A stretch of DNA of 64,000 bases from positions 26,258 through 90,257 of the forward strand of contig JARIGM010000035.1 in the NCBI GenBank assembly GCA_029288865.1, in the 5' to 3' direction. Shown one piece after another: positions 29,301-37,196 of this stretch. Position 1 is the stretch's first letter. Each line of letters starts with the position of its first letter. The stretch is from Candidatus Kaiserbacteria bacterium (GTDB lineage Bacteria > Patescibacteriota > Minisyncoccia > Phycocordibacterales > Phycocordibacteraceae). Made by a program: the position numbers and the translations under genes. The notes below the pieces were generated by a model. The model was not told where the DNA came from, searched no databases, and was given only the letters and a program-made list of their open reading frames with translations.

Positions 29301-29480
29301 CCTGATACGATCACCTTCTACTACGATGGAGTCCAGACAGCTCAGACCTCGACACCTACAATCATGCACCAGCCATACTATATGCTCGCAGACCTTGGAA
29401 TCGGTGCTGGTTGGCCGACGGATAAGACCCCATCAACTAACGACATGCAGATCCAATACATCCGTGCGTATTCCAACTAG
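26361..29480 (+). CDS. Secreted multidomain protein: 2x ricin-B lectin, 2x SH3b, SGNH hydrolase, GH16
   Basis: Signal peptide; duplicated ricin-like and FKSGDRV..TDSVNVR..WW.I.YD.G..GW units; GDSMT...DYVHP; YGYFEMKAKLP, WPAFW, EADIVE. Confidence 0.88.
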   Translation: MPSRLSYFGTAPLLIALFASSALLIFPSLSQAETGATLGQYAIKSVSAQQYMALQYGVSRVDNQVVDYFGDGTNPFQQFSVVRMGSTQYELRDKPNGLCLTATTAGIVQENCTGSNNQLFILNKQSDGSYQIGNGNKCVVVPSTFASVVTGDCSSNASWTFVPENGSASLNLSASNTTSSSVSVSSSGTPTPTSTDVAPSSSSIAPGQYALKSVPFQQYMALAYGASHTDYPVVDYFGDGTNPFQQFVLTDMGSGQFELKEKTGGLCVSITSNGVLQENCTGAGTQLYSLTKQSDGSYQIKNTASGNCLTVPSTFSNVTAGSCDANADWFLLSRNGSVTTPSTTPVASTPAATTPTFKSGDRVMTTDSVNVRAAVSTVGQILAKEARGKTGTVTDGPSQSNSYTWWNIAYDDGAAGWSVESYLAATTIQKPAPVTPVTVPAPVTQPSSSETPVTQPTTPTFKSGDRVMTTDSVNVRDGASAQSAIRGKALKNATGTVTTGPVQSGSYKWWKIDYDNGLSGWSAESYLTATTIQKPVTTPSTPTTPVTTPSSSTDSSQSVTTVVPKNFRLMTLGDSMTQGYGGADVGGYRGPLYQALLSAGYAPQMVGTISCGTSSLLPANQQNCDGVGGNTLAQIDARVKTGIVTTNNPDVVLILGGFNSIYYTYDSTQTDLDNLQQIIEDVHAQKPSVHIIVSSLVGSTQCCNTNKIAEYNAGIPGVVAKLKAQGYAITYVDMYPVVPSNDLYDYVHPNSDGYRLMAATWLNAIKAIVPLTTTTSVNTTSSSSSTIASASSSKNLDLTGYKLTFDDEFNKLDISDSTTYDGSNWYTHNEQCCMMTTDGSGTAMVGLSSPQNPYSILPGGGLNIRLQKTNNTWTSGVITSVDNSGKGFSQKYGYFEMKAKLPAGTDTWPAFWLLNTAAKSSNAPAGEADIVEYIANPGFRNYIVSTLHDWSNGTTPSENHVPVSSVPSDGNYHTYGMKWTPDTITFYYDGVQTAQTSTPTIMHQPYYMLADLGIGAGWPTDKTPSTNDMQIQYIRAYSN

Positions 29481-29553
29481 TCCGTGACACTATAGATACG
29501 GTGTTGTATTCTGAATCGGGCCTGTTTTTGCTCTTCACCATGAAAGGAACCGC

Positions 29554-30078
29554 ATGGAGACGCACGGAATCTACCTGTACCATATGGTGCCGGACAACCT
29601 GAGGGGCGACACCTTGTATCCTCTCAATCTACTTCAAAAGACGTATCCCGCCGAATATGAAGCCGCGAAACGGAGATATGTTGGTCGTGAGCATCTGCTG
29701 ACCCAACGTATCGCAGCACTTGATTGCTTCTGGGGTGACGTATTGTTCTTAACGCCGTGTCATCCGGCACGCATTGCCAAGGCATTTCAGGAAATAGGCC
29801 TCGAGCTCGATGCCGCGTTCTATGAGATCGACGCTACAAAGCTCGCCCCTGATAAGGCAGCGATCTGGCTGGGAGTTGGAGATCCGAATGACCTAGCTAC
29901 TTATGTGGCATATAAGCCTGAGACTCTTAAGCAATACGATCTGGTAACAAGGCAAACCTCGGTCAGATACCGACAAGCGAAGGAAGCCGGACACAAACCC
30001 TACCTCTTTGAGGACGCGCCACACGTGCTTTATCGCGGTCCTATTGAAGTACCTTCCCGTACGATCGTTCTCTCCTAA
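29554..30078 (+). CDS. Conserved hypothetical protein
   Basis: YLYHMVPDNLRGDTLYPLN, DCFWGDVLFL, PHVLYRG; AAGGA SD. Confidence 0.8.
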   Translation: METHGIYLYHMVPDNLRGDTLYPLNLLQKTYPAEYEAAKRRYVGREHLLTQRIAALDCFWGDVLFLTPCHPARIAKAFQEIGLELDAAFYEIDATKLAPDKAAIWLGVGDPNDLATYVAYKPETLKQYDLVTRQTSVRYRQAKEAGHKPYLFEDAPHVLYRGPIEVPSRTIVLS

Positions 30079-30124
30079 ATCCGATCGCCTGAAAACGCGC
30101 AGTCCTTCGGACTGCGCGTTTTCT

Positions 30125-30610
30125 TTATTCAGTATCGAGTGATTTGCGGCGGAACTGGCTCACATTCTGCAGCACGAACATCACGAGCCCGAGCGAGCCG
30201 ATAATCTCGATAAGGAGCAGTCCGCGACCAGCGATCGTTGCAGGTAGGTTGATCGGATTGAACACGAACACCAGGACACTTGTGAGCATGAGACTTATCG
30301 GGTCAAGCGAGAGATCGGGGAAGCTTGCTGGCTGAGCCAAACACAGGAACCAGTATTGAAACGCAAAGAACACCAAGAACTCCAGAATCACAAGCGAAAG
30401 TATCATGAACATGTTCATGCTTCCCTTCACTTCCTCCACAGCCTCTGTCGCGACAAAGATCGTTACAATAATTCCTGCAATGGACGCTGCAAGGATCACC
30501 CCTTCGGCGACCGCCACAGGCGTATGGGTGAATATCAGCAGGCTTTCCGCCACTATCAAAGCAGCAGTTCCGAGAAGCGAATGTGAAAGCTTAAATTTTC
30601 GACGTTTCAT
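30125..30610 (-). CDS. Small integral membrane protein
   Basis: 4-5 hydrophobic segments. Confidence 0.75.
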   Translation of the reverse strand: MKRRKFKLSHSLLGTAALIVAESLLIFTHTPVAVAEGVILAASIAGIIVTIFVATEAVEEVKGSMNMFMILSLVILEFLVFFAFQYWFLCLAQPASFPDLSLDPISLMLTSVLVFVFNPINLPATIAGRGLLLIEIIGSLGLVMFVLQNVSQFRRKSLDTE

Positions 30611-30654
30611 ATGATATGTAGTATAGTGTATCTACACCTAATTCATAAATCATC

Positions 30655-30792
30655 ATGGGAGCAAACGCACATGGAGTAAGTCCGAAAAAGATCCGCAAAT
30701 CGCCTCAGAAGACCGCGAAGCGCCTCGCAGCCAAGGCTGTCATGCTCGCAGCGAAGTCGACCGGAAAGAAGCGGATGGGAGCAGGCAAATAG
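30655..30792 (+). CDS. Small basic protein, 45 aa
   Basis: MGANAHGVSPKKIRKSPQKTAKRLAAKAVMLAAKSTGKKRMGAGK; TATAGT upstream and terminator downstream; below the ORF-track cutoff. Confidence 0.65.
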   Translation: MGANAHGVSPKKIRKSPQKTAKRLAAKAVMLAAKSTGKKRMGAGK

Positions 30793-30799
30793 GCCGCCT

Positions 30800-30837
30800 C
30801 AAGAGAAAACCCTCGAATATTCGAGGGTTTTCTCTTG
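30800..30837. terminator. Perfect 38-bp palindrome overlapping the csp -35
   Basis: caagagaaaaccctcgaat|attcgagggttttctcttg; TTGACA(30835)-17-TATCAT follows. Confidence 0.75.
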
Positions 30838-30952
30838 ACAACATATTTTGTGCATAGTATCATTAGTGAGTCATTCGCAGTGCTGGCAATGAGATCGCAT
30901 CGAACTCCAGCTCCTGCACTTGATATTTATCAGGTGCATCGCCCCCAATTGT

Positions 30953-31153
30953 ATGGATAATGGAACTATTGTCGCTCTCAATGAAAAAGGCTTCGGCTTT
31001 ATCAAGCGAGAGGGACAGGAAAAGGATCTTTTCTTTCACACGAACGAGCTCACGAACGTCCAGTTCGATGAACTTCGCGAAGGTGACAAGGTTACCTTTG
31101 ACGTCGCAGAAGGCCCAAAAGGCTTGAACGCAGTCAAGGTCACAAAGATCTAA
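30953..31153 (+). CDS. Cold-shock domain protein
   Basis: KGFGFI, DLFFH, GPKGLNAVKV. Confidence 0.95.
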   Translation: MDNGTIVALNEKGFGFIKREGQEKDLFFHTNELTNVQFDELREGDKVTFDVAEGPKGLNAVKVTKI

Positions 31154-31200
31154 TCTCCGTAAGAAAGCGCCCTCGCGGCGCTTTCTTCATTTCAATACGT

Positions 31201-31644
31201 ATGACAACACAACACACTTTCACAATCAACGTTCCCGTCTCGCAAGCATACGAAGCAGCCTCCACGCTCGGCGGCTTGCGCAGTTGGTGGACCTCAGATA
31301 TCCAAGGAAGCCCAGACAAGGACGGCGAACTAACGCTCGGCTTCGGCGACGGCCGCGGCTGGACCATGCGCGTGACGCAGCTGAAGCTCAACAAGTGGAT
31401 CATCTGGACTATCATCTCCTCCACGTTCCTTTCGGAAACGCCATGGACGCCGACCGATCTTTCCCTCCGCTTTCTCGAAGCTGACGGCTACTCCACCAAG
31501 CTCATACTTGAATACGAAAGCCGCCCGGACATCGAGGCGACCTTCGCACCCGAATGGAAGAAGTCCATCGAAAGCCTCGTACTCCTCTGCGAAACCGGCA
31601 AAGGCACGCCCGCAACTCCTAAGCGCGAAAAGAAAGTCATTTAA
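31201..31644 (+). CDS. SRPBCC/AHSA1-like protein
   Basis: GLRSWWT, MRVTQL, ETGKGTP. Confidence 0.75.
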   Translation: MTTQHTFTINVPVSQAYEAASTLGGLRSWWTSDIQGSPDKDGELTLGFGDGRGWTMRVTQLKLNKWIIWTIISSTFLSETPWTPTDLSLRFLEADGYSTKLILEYESRPDIEATFAPEWKKSIESLVLLCETGKGTPATPKREKKVI

Positions 31645-31694
31645 AGAAAAGCCCGCCAAAAACTCGACGGGCTTTGTATTTTATTGCTTCGAAA

Positions 31695-32408
31695 CTATTG
31701 AGGCTTCGTCAGCAGCTCCCAATTCCCTTCGGGAATTTTAGGCTTGAGAGCCACAGAACCACCCTTACATAAAGGGCAATCCTCGGGATCCCATATGTCC
31801 ATAGGATGATCGATGAGCGCGATGATCCGCTTTCCATCGATCTCCTTCAGGCCGGAGCGATTCACCAGCACCAGGCAGAACGGCAAGAGCTCAGCTCCAA
31901 GTTCCCGACACGCCTCGGTGGCGAATCCGACGCTTCCACCCGTCGTGATGACATCTTCGCAGAAGAGCACCCGCTCGCCAGGCCGCACCGTATTGGTAGG
32001 ATCGTTGAACTCCATGCCGACGACGATGTCCGCTTCCTTGACCTTTACAGGCGAAGCCCATTCGCAATGCCGACGGCTGGTACGCACCCGTGAAATTGTG
32101 CCGGCAAGGAACTCGGCAAGATCCGTCGCACCCGTTGCAGGTCCGACCACGCGATCGATCAATTCCAGATCGCCTCCCATCGTAGAAAATAGATGGATGA
32201 GGTCCCAGGCGGCCTCTTTAAGCGCTTGTTTGTCTACGACGACCTTTTTACTATTGAAGTAACCGCGGGAATGCTTGAGTGAAGCGAGCTCAGCATGAGG
32301 ATGAGAAGGATCGTCATCATGGATCCATAGCGCTCCCATGTCTTGGTACACGCCGATCCATTTTTTCCGCAACATTGCTTGCAGCTCGGAGTAATCTGAT
32401 TCAGACAT
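31695..32408 (-). CDS. Orotate phosphoribosyltransferase-like PRTase
   Basis: LASLKHSRGYFN, VVGPATGA, VLFCEDVITTGGS, CPLCKGG..KP. Confidence 0.8.
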   Translation of the reverse strand: MSESDYSELQAMLRKKWIGVYQDMGALWIHDDDPSHPHAELASLKHSRGYFNSKKVVVDKQALKEAAWDLIHLFSTMGGDLELIDRVVGPATGATDLAEFLAGTISRVRTSRRHCEWASPVKVKEADIVVGMEFNDPTNTVRPGERVLFCEDVITTGGSVGFATEACRELGAELLPFCLVLVNRSGLKEIDGKRIIALIDHPMDIWDPEDCPLCKGGSVALKPKIPEGNWELLTKPQ

Positions 32409-32556
32409 ATGATGCCTTTCGAGGTTAGGGTTCAGAGTTCTACGCACTCTGCCGTTACCCTACGCGAGATTCGCGACTCGAGCAACTGAGGGCTTCAGGG
32501 AGTCTTAATACGAGATGCTGTAGAGTACGGCATTACTCATGTAATGCATCATCACC

Positions 32557-33057
32557 ATGAATGACCTACGGACACTGTACCTGACTAAACTTAAGAAACT
32601 GCTCAGCATCGAAGAGCAGATTATCGCTGCGCTTCCGAGCCTGATCGAGAGCGCGACAAATGGCATGCTTAAGAAAGGCCTTACGGACCATCTCGAAGAG
32701 ACACGTAACCAACGCGCCCGATTGCATCAGATTCTGACGGCACAAGGTGAAAGCCCCGCTCCCGAACTAGATCGTGCGTTCCAGACCATGCTCGCAGAAT
32801 CGGAGACAGAGCTCGGCACGATCAGCGATCCGAACGTGAAGGACGCAGCAATCATCGCATCCTCGCAAGCCGTGGAGCATCTGGAGATGGCGAAATACGG
32901 CACCGCTGTGGAGTGGGCAAAATCGCTCAATTTCGATGAAGACGCAAAACTCTTGAAGGATACACTCGGCGAAGAAGAAGCTGCGGATAAGAAACTCTCG
33001 AAGGTTGCTGAGGGTGGCATGCTCAGCCCGAGCGTAAACGACGCTGCAGCAGAATAA
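32557..33057 (+). CDS. DUF892/YciE-YciF ferritin-like protein
   Basis: HLEETRNQ, QAVEHLEMAKYGT, EEEAADKKL. Confidence 0.9.
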   Translation: MNDLRTLYLTKLKKLLSIEEQIIAALPSLIESATNGMLKKGLTDHLEETRNQRARLHQILTAQGESPAPELDRAFQTMLAESETELGTISDPNVKDAAIIASSQAVEHLEMAKYGTAVEWAKSLNFDEDAKLLKDTLGEEEAADKKLSKVAEGGMLSPSVNDAAAE

Positions 33058-33105
33058 TGCAATAGTTCAGCTTGAAGTCCAGTGAAGCATGTCTATACTT
33101 AATAC

Positions 33106-33723
33106 ATGCTTCATTCTTCTACGAAGACCCGCAAGAAGCGCTCGCCACAAGCGAGCGCTGTCTTGGAGCAACTCTTCGAGCCCAGCAGCACTACGATCGA
33201 CCCGCAATTCCTCATCGAATACCTGGGCGGCGTAACATACGCCACGAATGAAAATGTGCTCGGTGCGATCAAGGATCACATGCGCATAACTCCCGGCGAA
33301 ACGCTTACCATGCTCGTTACGTCCGCGGGCGGGCCGAGCGGCACTGCCATGAGCTTTTATGACACCATCCGTACTATCCTTAAGCCGAAGCTCGTTACGA
33401 TCGGGAGTGGCGACGTCGATTCTTCCGGCATCATCATCTTTCTCAGCGGCAAGACTCGATTCGTAACACCTCACACTACCCTTCTGTTCCATCCGGCAGG
33501 ACGCATGTTCTCAGCGGATAAGCGATACACTGCCACTGAAATGGCAGCTATGCTCGCCGAGGATGAATTAAAAGACGCACAGTATGCGTCGATCGTCGCA
33601 GAGAATTCTCATGGCCATCTTTCTACGGATGACGTGCTTGAGCTTATGGAAACACACACGGTTCTTACCCCATCGGATCTTGTTGCGTACGGCTTAGCTG
33701 ACGGTATTCACACGGCAGTTTAA
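33106..33723 (+). CDS. ClpP-like protease subunit
   Basis: TSAGG, FYDTIR, VDSSG, LLFHP, YGLAD. Confidence 0.8.
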   Translation: MLHSSTKTRKKRSPQASAVLEQLFEPSSTTIDPQFLIEYLGGVTYATNENVLGAIKDHMRITPGETLTMLVTSAGGPSGTAMSFYDTIRTILKPKLVTIGSGDVDSSGIIIFLSGKTRFVTPHTTLLFHPAGRMFSADKRYTATEMAAMLAEDELKDAQYASIVAENSHGHLSTDDVLELMETHTVLTPSDLVAYGLADGIHTAV

Positions 33724-33795
33724 CCAGTTCTTAAGGTTGGGTTGCATATAGTATGTCAGTTCGCGCGACATTACCAACTGTAACTGCATCTATAT

Positions 33796-34020
33796 ATGCC
33801 AAACAACAATTCACAAGGAGGTAACAGCAAGGGTGACACCAGCAAGCGCGGTTTCGCTTCGATGGACCCGGAAGAACAGCGCGAGATCGCTAGCAAGGGC
33901 GGCAAGGCAGCGCACCAGAAAGGTACTGCACATGAGTTCACGTCTGAGGAAGCTCGTGAAGCAGGACGCAAAGGCGGCGAAGCAAGCCATGGAGGCGGTC
34001 GTCGGAGCGAGAACGAATAG
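33796..34020 (+). CDS. KGG-repeat general stress protein (YciG/GsiB-like)
   Basis: RGFASMDPEEQREIASKGGKAAH, EAREAGRKGG. Confidence 0.92.
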   Translation: MPNNNSQGGNSKGDTSKRGFASMDPEEQREIASKGGKAAHQKGTAHEFTSEEAREAGRKGGEASHGGGRRSENE

Positions 34021-34201
34021 TGTCTCTGCCGTACGCTAAAATAGGTTCACCGGATGAGGCCCTGCCCTGCATTTCCGTTCGGGAAATGCAGGGCAGGGCT
34101 CTTTTTATAGGCTAGTCGCCGTACTGCTGAGCTATTGCTTTTCTATAATTTATGTGTTACAATCATGTTCGGTTCGCGTAAAAGACGTATGGAGGAACCT
34201 C

Positions 34202-34591
34202 ATGATTCAACGGCTACCGCCTAGACTGACGGTTGAAGTACATAACAAAAATGTGGAGATTATACTAGGTGATCGGTACATCGAGATCCTATATAAGTTT
34301 ACCCTTCACGAACTAAAAGAAGAATGCTCTGATACTCTGTTCTTATCGTGGAAGCCCATGATGGATTGGACGTACGTAGACCGGCCGGCCTTTGATCCGT
34401 CTCCTGAGGAATACCTCATGCGACCAAGCACCGATAGCCATACCGCGCTCTTCCTTTATGTGCCCGAGGCCTGCCTGCATTACAAAAAACCCTTAGTGGT
34501 TTACGCAAGCGCACCCGTCAAGCGCGACATTGCTGGAATCGTGAAGGGATATACGATTTTCCTTAAGGAACAATCCCCTTTACTTCTCTGA
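34202..34591 (+). CDS. ORFan protein
   Basis: TTGCTT-17-TACAAT promoter, GGAGG SD, downstream hairpin near 34608-34632. Confidence 0.65.
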   Translation: MIQRLPPRLTVEVHNKNVEIILGDRYIEILYKFTLHELKEECSDTLFLSWKPMMDWTYVDRPAFDPSPEEYLMRPSTDSHTALFLYVPEACLHYKKPLVVYASAPVKRDIAGIVKGYTIFLKEQSPLLL

Positions 34592-34663
34592 TACCATTTG
34601 ATCTTTCAGGTCCCGCACTTGTGGCGGGACCTTTTCTTTTTGTGCTATCGTGAGGCTATATTT

Positions 34664-35482
34664 ATGACTGAGCCAAGCGAACTCAGAATCGCGTCTTGGA
34701 ACGTATATGTATTTAATGAAAAGATCGATGAAGCAGTGGCATTCATCGAGAAACTAGACGCAGATGTGCTCTGCATGCAGGAAGTTTCGGAAACTCTTCT
34801 GAAACGACTCGAATCACTTCCCTATCACATGCTGAGCGCCATCGATCGGACCTGGCAACTCGACGCGTGGCGACCGTCTCGCGGCGAAGCAACGATGTAC
34901 GTAGTTATCCTCAGCAAGCATCCGATACTCTCGCATGAGAAATATCTGCATCCTCCCCTGCCAAGCACGACTCCATGGCAGACACATCTGTATTATTTCG
35001 CGCGATACATAGTGGGCATGTGGCGCGGAGGTCCTGGTCGCGATTCCGAATTTCTTAAAGCCGAAATACAGCTGGGCGAAGACACTGTGGAGGTCTGGTC
35101 CGCGCATCTCTCGCTTTTCACTCCCGCAATCCGTTCACGCGAGTTCGCGACACTCGCATCCCATCTAAACCCCGACAAGAAGACGATCGTCTGTGGCGAT
35201 TTCAATATCCTCGATTCATGGCGCGTGAAGCTCATCAACTGGTTGCAGGGCGGGCGAATATGGGACGCACTGCCGTGGTCGAACGAACGCACCCATATCC
35301 AAGAATCATTCAGCTCAGCCGACCTTACGAATCCGCTCGCAGGGACAGTGACTCACCCAATTGCGCACTCACAGCTCGACCATATCCTCGTCTCGAACGA
35401 CCTCGCGACGCGCGACGCACATGTTATACGAGAACTGCATGGCTCTGATCACTACCCCGTCGAGCTCACAATCTCGCTCTAA
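34664..35482 (+). CDS. Endonuclease/exonuclease/phosphatase family protein
   Basis: SWNV, DVLCMQEV, CGDFN, LDHIL, SDHYP. Confidence 0.92.
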   Translation: MTEPSELRIASWNVYVFNEKIDEAVAFIEKLDADVLCMQEVSETLLKRLESLPYHMLSAIDRTWQLDAWRPSRGEATMYVVILSKHPILSHEKYLHPPLPSTTPWQTHLYYFARYIVGMWRGGPGRDSEFLKAEIQLGEDTVEVWSAHLSLFTPAIRSREFATLASHLNPDKKTIVCGDFNILDSWRVKLINWLQGGRIWDALPWSNERTHIQESFSSADLTNPLAGTVTHPIAHSQLDHILVSNDLATRDAHVIRELHGSDHYPVELTISL

Positions 35483-35534
35483 AAGAAAAACCCTCGCGTT
35501 GCCGCGAGGGTTTAGAAAGATCAATTCAAACGAT

Positions 35535-36278
35535 TCAGGACAGATGCTCGAATGCGATCAGATAGGCTTTATGCAAGTCGCCAATTATGTGTAACTGGCT
35601 GATCTGGTAGGTAATGATATTCCCGTTCTCACCCCTCTTAAGAAGTAATACAGGAACCCACTCGTTCTGAGATGGAAATGAAGCGATTCGTCCTTCAGGG
35701 AGTAACGTCTGGTAGTCAGCGAGGACATCGAACGCCCGAGTTCCGAACAGTTCCAGTCCTGTCTTTTCTAGAAAATTCACGCACACTGTACCCGCATGAT
35801 GGCCTTGGACGAAAAAGAACCGGACCCGATAGCGCTTGCTATTAGATTTGTCGACGACTTCGAAGCGGAGATTCTTCTCCTCTTCAAAACCTGGATGAAC
35901 CGGTAATTTGTTGCTGATAGCCTCATAGCACAGAAGGGCTACATTCCGCGAACGGATTATTTCCGAGACCTCCTCCTGAGTCATTCCCGCTTTACGTACC
36001 GAAAGAAGGAATTCGTGCATGAGCCCCGAAGAGATGCCGCTTATAGGAACGATTGGCTTCTCTTCAATACGGCCTTGATCAGTTCTGGCGCCTTTGATAG
36101 CAGCGCATATCAGCTTGGCCAGCCTATTCTCCCTTGAAGCAGCTACCGCAGAGAAAGTTTCTTTCGTGAAGCCGGCGCCTGTAAGCGCGAGCGTCAGACG
36201 ATGCAACTCCCCCGTATCAAGATCAGTCGCCTGTTGAGGTCTGTTATTTTTACGGTCACTCACGCGATCTGCGCACAT
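35535..36278 (-). CDS. ORFan protein with an internal duplicated helical motif
   Basis: AGGAG SD, consensus promoter, terminator at 35487-35513. Confidence 0.7.
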   Translation of the reverse strand: MCADRVSDRKNNRPQQATDLDTGELHRLTLALTGAGFTKETFSAVAASRENRLAKLICAAIKGARTDQGRIEEKPIVPISGISSGLMHEFLLSVRKAGMTQEEVSEIIRSRNVALLCYEAISNKLPVHPGFEEEKNLRFEVVDKSNSKRYRVRFFFVQGHHAGTVCVNFLEKTGLELFGTRAFDVLADYQTLLPEGRIASFPSQNEWVPVLLLKRGENGNIITYQISQLHIIGDLHKAYLIAFEHLS

Positions 36279-36344
36279 GACGATCTCCTGTATTTGTTTT
36301 GTTCACCTCGGCCTATCCGAAGCAAGGGCACTCTGCCGAATTAT

Positions 36345-36373
36345 ATTATAGCTTTTATCTATACATTTGTCAA
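36345..36373 (-). promoter_or_regulatory. Perfect consensus sigma70 promoter
   Basis: TTGACA(36373-36368)-17-TATAAT(36350-36345), overlapping the 3' end of the SET gene. Confidence 0.8.
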
Positions 36374-36811
36374 AACGTGCTTCACGCAGCGGCAGCCGAT
36401 GGGCTTAATGTGTTCATCGAAATATTCTTTGCCATAATCATAGTTGAGCTCCTCCCCTGACTTGATCGCGCGCTTGGCAAGGACGAACACGCGCTGCTTA
36501 TGGATTTCTACCTCGCAGTTCGGGCGGCACGAATGATTGATATAGCCCGCTTTGTTGATGCGCGGCTTGCCATCGATCGTCTTCGTCTTCGTGACCTGGA
36601 ACAGATACTTGCTGCGGCTCGTCGTCTCCTCTTCTTTGGAGATCACGCGGCCCACATACTCGATGATGCATGCTCCTTTCGGGATATCTTCTCCTGCGAA
36701 GAGTCCGATGCCCGCTCCTGGTGCTGAGCGACGGACTATGAGTTTGAAATCGCCCGGTTCGAACTTGCCTTTCTTTTTTTCTGTCTTCTTTTCGGGCGTC
36801 TTTGTGGTCAT
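36359..36811 (-). CDS. SET-domain protein-lysine methyltransferase
   Basis: GIGLFA, IIEYVG, YINHSCRPN, GEELNYDYG, CRC. Confidence 0.92.
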   Translation of the reverse strand: MTTKTPEKKTEKKKGKFEPGDFKLIVRRSAPGAGIGLFAGEDIPKGACIIEYVGRVISKEEETTSRSKYLFQVTKTKTIDGKPRINKAGYINHSCRPNCEVEIHKQRVFVLAKRAIKSGEELNYDYGKEYFDEHIKPIGCRCVKHVLTNV

Positions 36812-36839
36812 GGATTGAATGATGGTATAACAAGAGGAC

Positions 36840-37196
36840 ATGATTGCCAATCTTTCTTCCCTTCTGGGTCAATTCAACAGCCCATGGGTCTTCCTCGGAT
36901 TCTTCGGGCAGTTCGTCTTCTTCATGCGTTTCGCCGTGCAGTGGATCGCGTCAGAGCGCAAGAAGCAGATCGTCGTGCCGATGGCCTTTTGGTACTTAAG
37001 CATCGGGGGATCACTCATCATCCTCGTCTATTCGATTCACATCAAGGACATCGTCTTCATCACGGCGCAGTCCTTCTCGCTCTTCGTGTACCTCCGCAAC
37101 ATCATGCTGCAACGAAATATCGACCGAAGAGAGAATCAGCGCGAGCGAACTTCAGCGAGCGTGAGCACTGATTCGGACACGACCGGCACGAACTGA
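36840..37196 (+). CDS. Lipid-A-disaccharide synthase N-terminal (LAB_N) domain membrane protein
   Basis: GFFGQFVFFMRFAVQWIASE, P.AFWYLS, YLRNI. Confidence 0.85.
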   Translation: MIANLSSLLGQFNSPWVFLGFFGQFVFFMRFAVQWIASERKKQIVVPMAFWYLSIGGSLIILVYSIHIKDIVFITAQSFSLFVYLRNIMLQRNIDRRENQRERTSASVSTDSDTTGTN

